Below, piece by piece: positions 34,069-35,233 of a stretch of 35,233 nucleotides of DNA. Position 1 is the stretch's first letter; each line of letters starts with the position of its first letter. Under the pieces are notes generated by a model, which was given only the letters and a program-made list of their open reading frames with translations, was not told the DNA's origin and ran no database searches. The stretch covers positions 1 through 35,233 of the forward strand of contig CAXTFX010000001.1 of the NCBI GenBank assembly GCA_964243185.1. Direction: 5' to 3'. This DNA is from an uncultured Chthoniobacterales bacterium (GTDB lineage: Bacteria > Verrucomicrobiota > Verrucomicrobiia > Chthoniobacterales > SZAS-18). Made by a program: the position numbers and the translations under genes.

Positions 34069-34992
34069 TCATGCGGAGGACCGCGCCGAAGACGCTTTCC
34101 GCCGCATGAACACCTTGACCTTCATCCGTTGGCGGCCGGCGCCCTTGAATGTCCCCCGCACGGGCGTGGCGTCGCGGAAATCCCGGCCGCGGCTCACGGC
34201 GACGTGGCGCTCGCCGCACCACTGGTCGTTGGTCGGGTCCAGCGCCACCCAGGTCAGGCCGGGGACGAGCACCTCCACCCAGGCGTGCGTGGCGATGGCC
34301 CCGACCAGGGTCGTGCGCGGGGCGCCGCGGGCGGGCAGGTCGGCGTCCGCGTTGGCCTCCGGCGGGGCCACGGCCTCGATGTAGCCGCAGACGTAGCGCG
34401 CCGGCAGGCCGGCCGTGCGGAGGACCGAGATCATGACGTGGGCAAAGTCCTGGCAGACGCCGCGTTTCGTCTTCCAGATCTCGTGCAGCGGGGTGGAATT
34501 ATTGGTCGCACCGCTGGCGTATTGGAACTGGGAATACACCGCCCGGTTGAGCGCGAAGAGGGCCGATCCGAGCGGCTCGCGGCCGGGCAGGTAGCGCTTG
34601 GCCCACTGGATGGCTTCCCGCCCGGTGAGGACGACCTCCGTGGGCTGGACATAGTCGAACACGTCCGCCAGCGGCGCGCCGGTGAGGAGTTGGCGGGCCT
34701 CGTTGACGGAGATTTCCAGGGCCTCGGCCGGCCGGGGGACGGGTCGGGTGCGGATGTCCACGCGGCTGGTGATGGTGAGGGACTTGTGCCGGTAGGGCAG
34801 GGTGAAGAACTCGACGGCGTTGCCGAAGAAATCCGTGTAGCCGCTGGTGCGGGTGGCCGGGGAGATTTCCAGGCGTCGGCGTAGGACAGTCTGCCCCGGC
34901 TCGTCCGGCGGGGCGAGGCGGGTTTCGAGATACGCCTCCGCCGCGGCGTTGGCATAGGTGTAGTCGGTGACGTGGGTGATCTCGAAGTCCAT
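34069..34992 (-). CDS. transglutaminase-like cysteine peptidase family protein (Bact_transglu_N + Transglut_core)
   Basis: MDFEITHVTDYTYANAA is the start. The catalytic Cys is in GVCQDFAHVMISVLRTAGLPARYVCGY, and the His/Asp are in HAWVEVLVPGLTWVALDPTN. An alternative GTG start lies at 35013. Confidence 0.85.
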   Translation of the reverse strand: MDFEITHVTDYTYANAAAEAYLETRLAPPDEPGQTVLRRRLEISPATRTSGYTDFFGNAVEFFTLPYRHKSLTITSRVDIRTRPVPRPAEALEISVNEARQLLTGAPLADVFDYVQPTEVVLTGREAIQWAKRYLPGREPLGSALFALNRAVYSQFQYASGATNNSTPLHEIWKTKRGVCQDFAHVMISVLRTAGLPARYVCGYIEAVAPPEANADADLPARGAPRTTLVGAIATHAWVEVLVPGLTWVALDPTNDQWCGERHVAVSRGRDFRDATPVRGTFKGAGRQRMKVKVFMRRKASSARSSA

Positions 34993-35017
34993 GCGGAGAG
35001 GAAGCACGGTCACGGGG

Positions 35018-35233
35018 TTAGCTGCCCGCGTTGGCGGGTAGGTCCGTTTCCCGGATCAGTTGGCTGACACTTTCGTGGTCAAACAGGTGGGGCACCCCTT
35101 TGGGGCTGATGTAAACCGCCGTGCCGCCCCCGACGGCGACCGCCTCCAGGTGATGCACTTCGAAGCGGTCGCCGCTGACCAGTTCCACCGTGAACGGCTT
35201 CGCGTCGGAGAGTGTCCATTCGTGCAGGTAGAT
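35018..35233 (-). CDS. hypothetical protein, partial (N-terminus beyond right edge)
   Basis: The open frame from the window edge to the TAA at 35018-35020 reads IYLHEWTLSDAKPFTVELVSGDRFEVHHLEAVAVGGGTAVYISPKGVPHLFDHESVSQLIRETDLPANAGS. It ends 4-25 nt before the transglutaminase gene. No family was recognised. Confidence 0.5.
   Translation of the reverse strand: MYLHEWTLSDAKPFTVELVSGDRFEVHHLEAVAVGGGTAVYISPKGVPHLFDHESVSQLIRETDLPANAGS

Overview
This is a GC-rich bacterial chromosomal window of 35,233 nt. The gene content and repeats resemble Verrucomicrobiota-like genomes: a SecDF fusion beside yajC and rpsU, Tat and lipoprotein signals, and heptamer-tract and palindromic intergenic repeats that translate to SGKAEVGS, PKSKVQ and MTNDE-type peptides. 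The taxon is only an inference.

Layout:
(i) 1-5.3 kb holds a partial ORF, tRNA-Arg(TCT), a small hypothetical gene, a family-3 solute-binding lipoprotein, a SAM methyltransferase, a lipoprotein, a DUF2721-like membrane protein and an MBL-fold hydrolase.
(ii) 5.5-9.8 kb holds an intact three-gene paralogous Hsp70 module: a GrpE-like protein, a lidless Hsp70, and an HPD-less J-like protein fused to an FGE-sulfatase domain. This is my best candidate for an uncharacterised system.
(iii) 10.0-15.3 kb holds core genes: rpsU, secDF, yajC, a geranylgeranyl-reductase-like flavoprotein and a secreted protein.
(iv) 15.3-28.2 kb is a heavily decayed accessory island, ending at a tyrosine-integrase remnant next to tRNA-Val(TAC). 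It contains IS5-like and IS701-like transposase remnants, an intact AAA+ ATPase followed by a broken PD-(D/E)XK nuclease gene, a KptA fragment, an intact XRE regulator plus a 441-aa conserved unknown protein, a LysR fragment, an intact TetR/alpha-beta-hydrolase pair, and wrecks of a DUF1156-type methylase, an Xre/RES toxin-antitoxin pair and an SNF2 helicase.
(v) 28.3-35.2 kb holds a secreted Gly/Tyr-rich protein with a peptidoglycan-binding domain. It also holds a transglutaminase/DUF2126 amidoligase-type cluster in an unusual split arrangement, with an embedded methyltransferase and a divergent fatty-acid desaturase.

Limits: all family calls come from motifs read by eye in the supplied translations, and no searches were run. 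Start codons and pseudogene boundaries are approximate. Many long ORFs in the track are antisense shadows typical of high-GC DNA and were not called.
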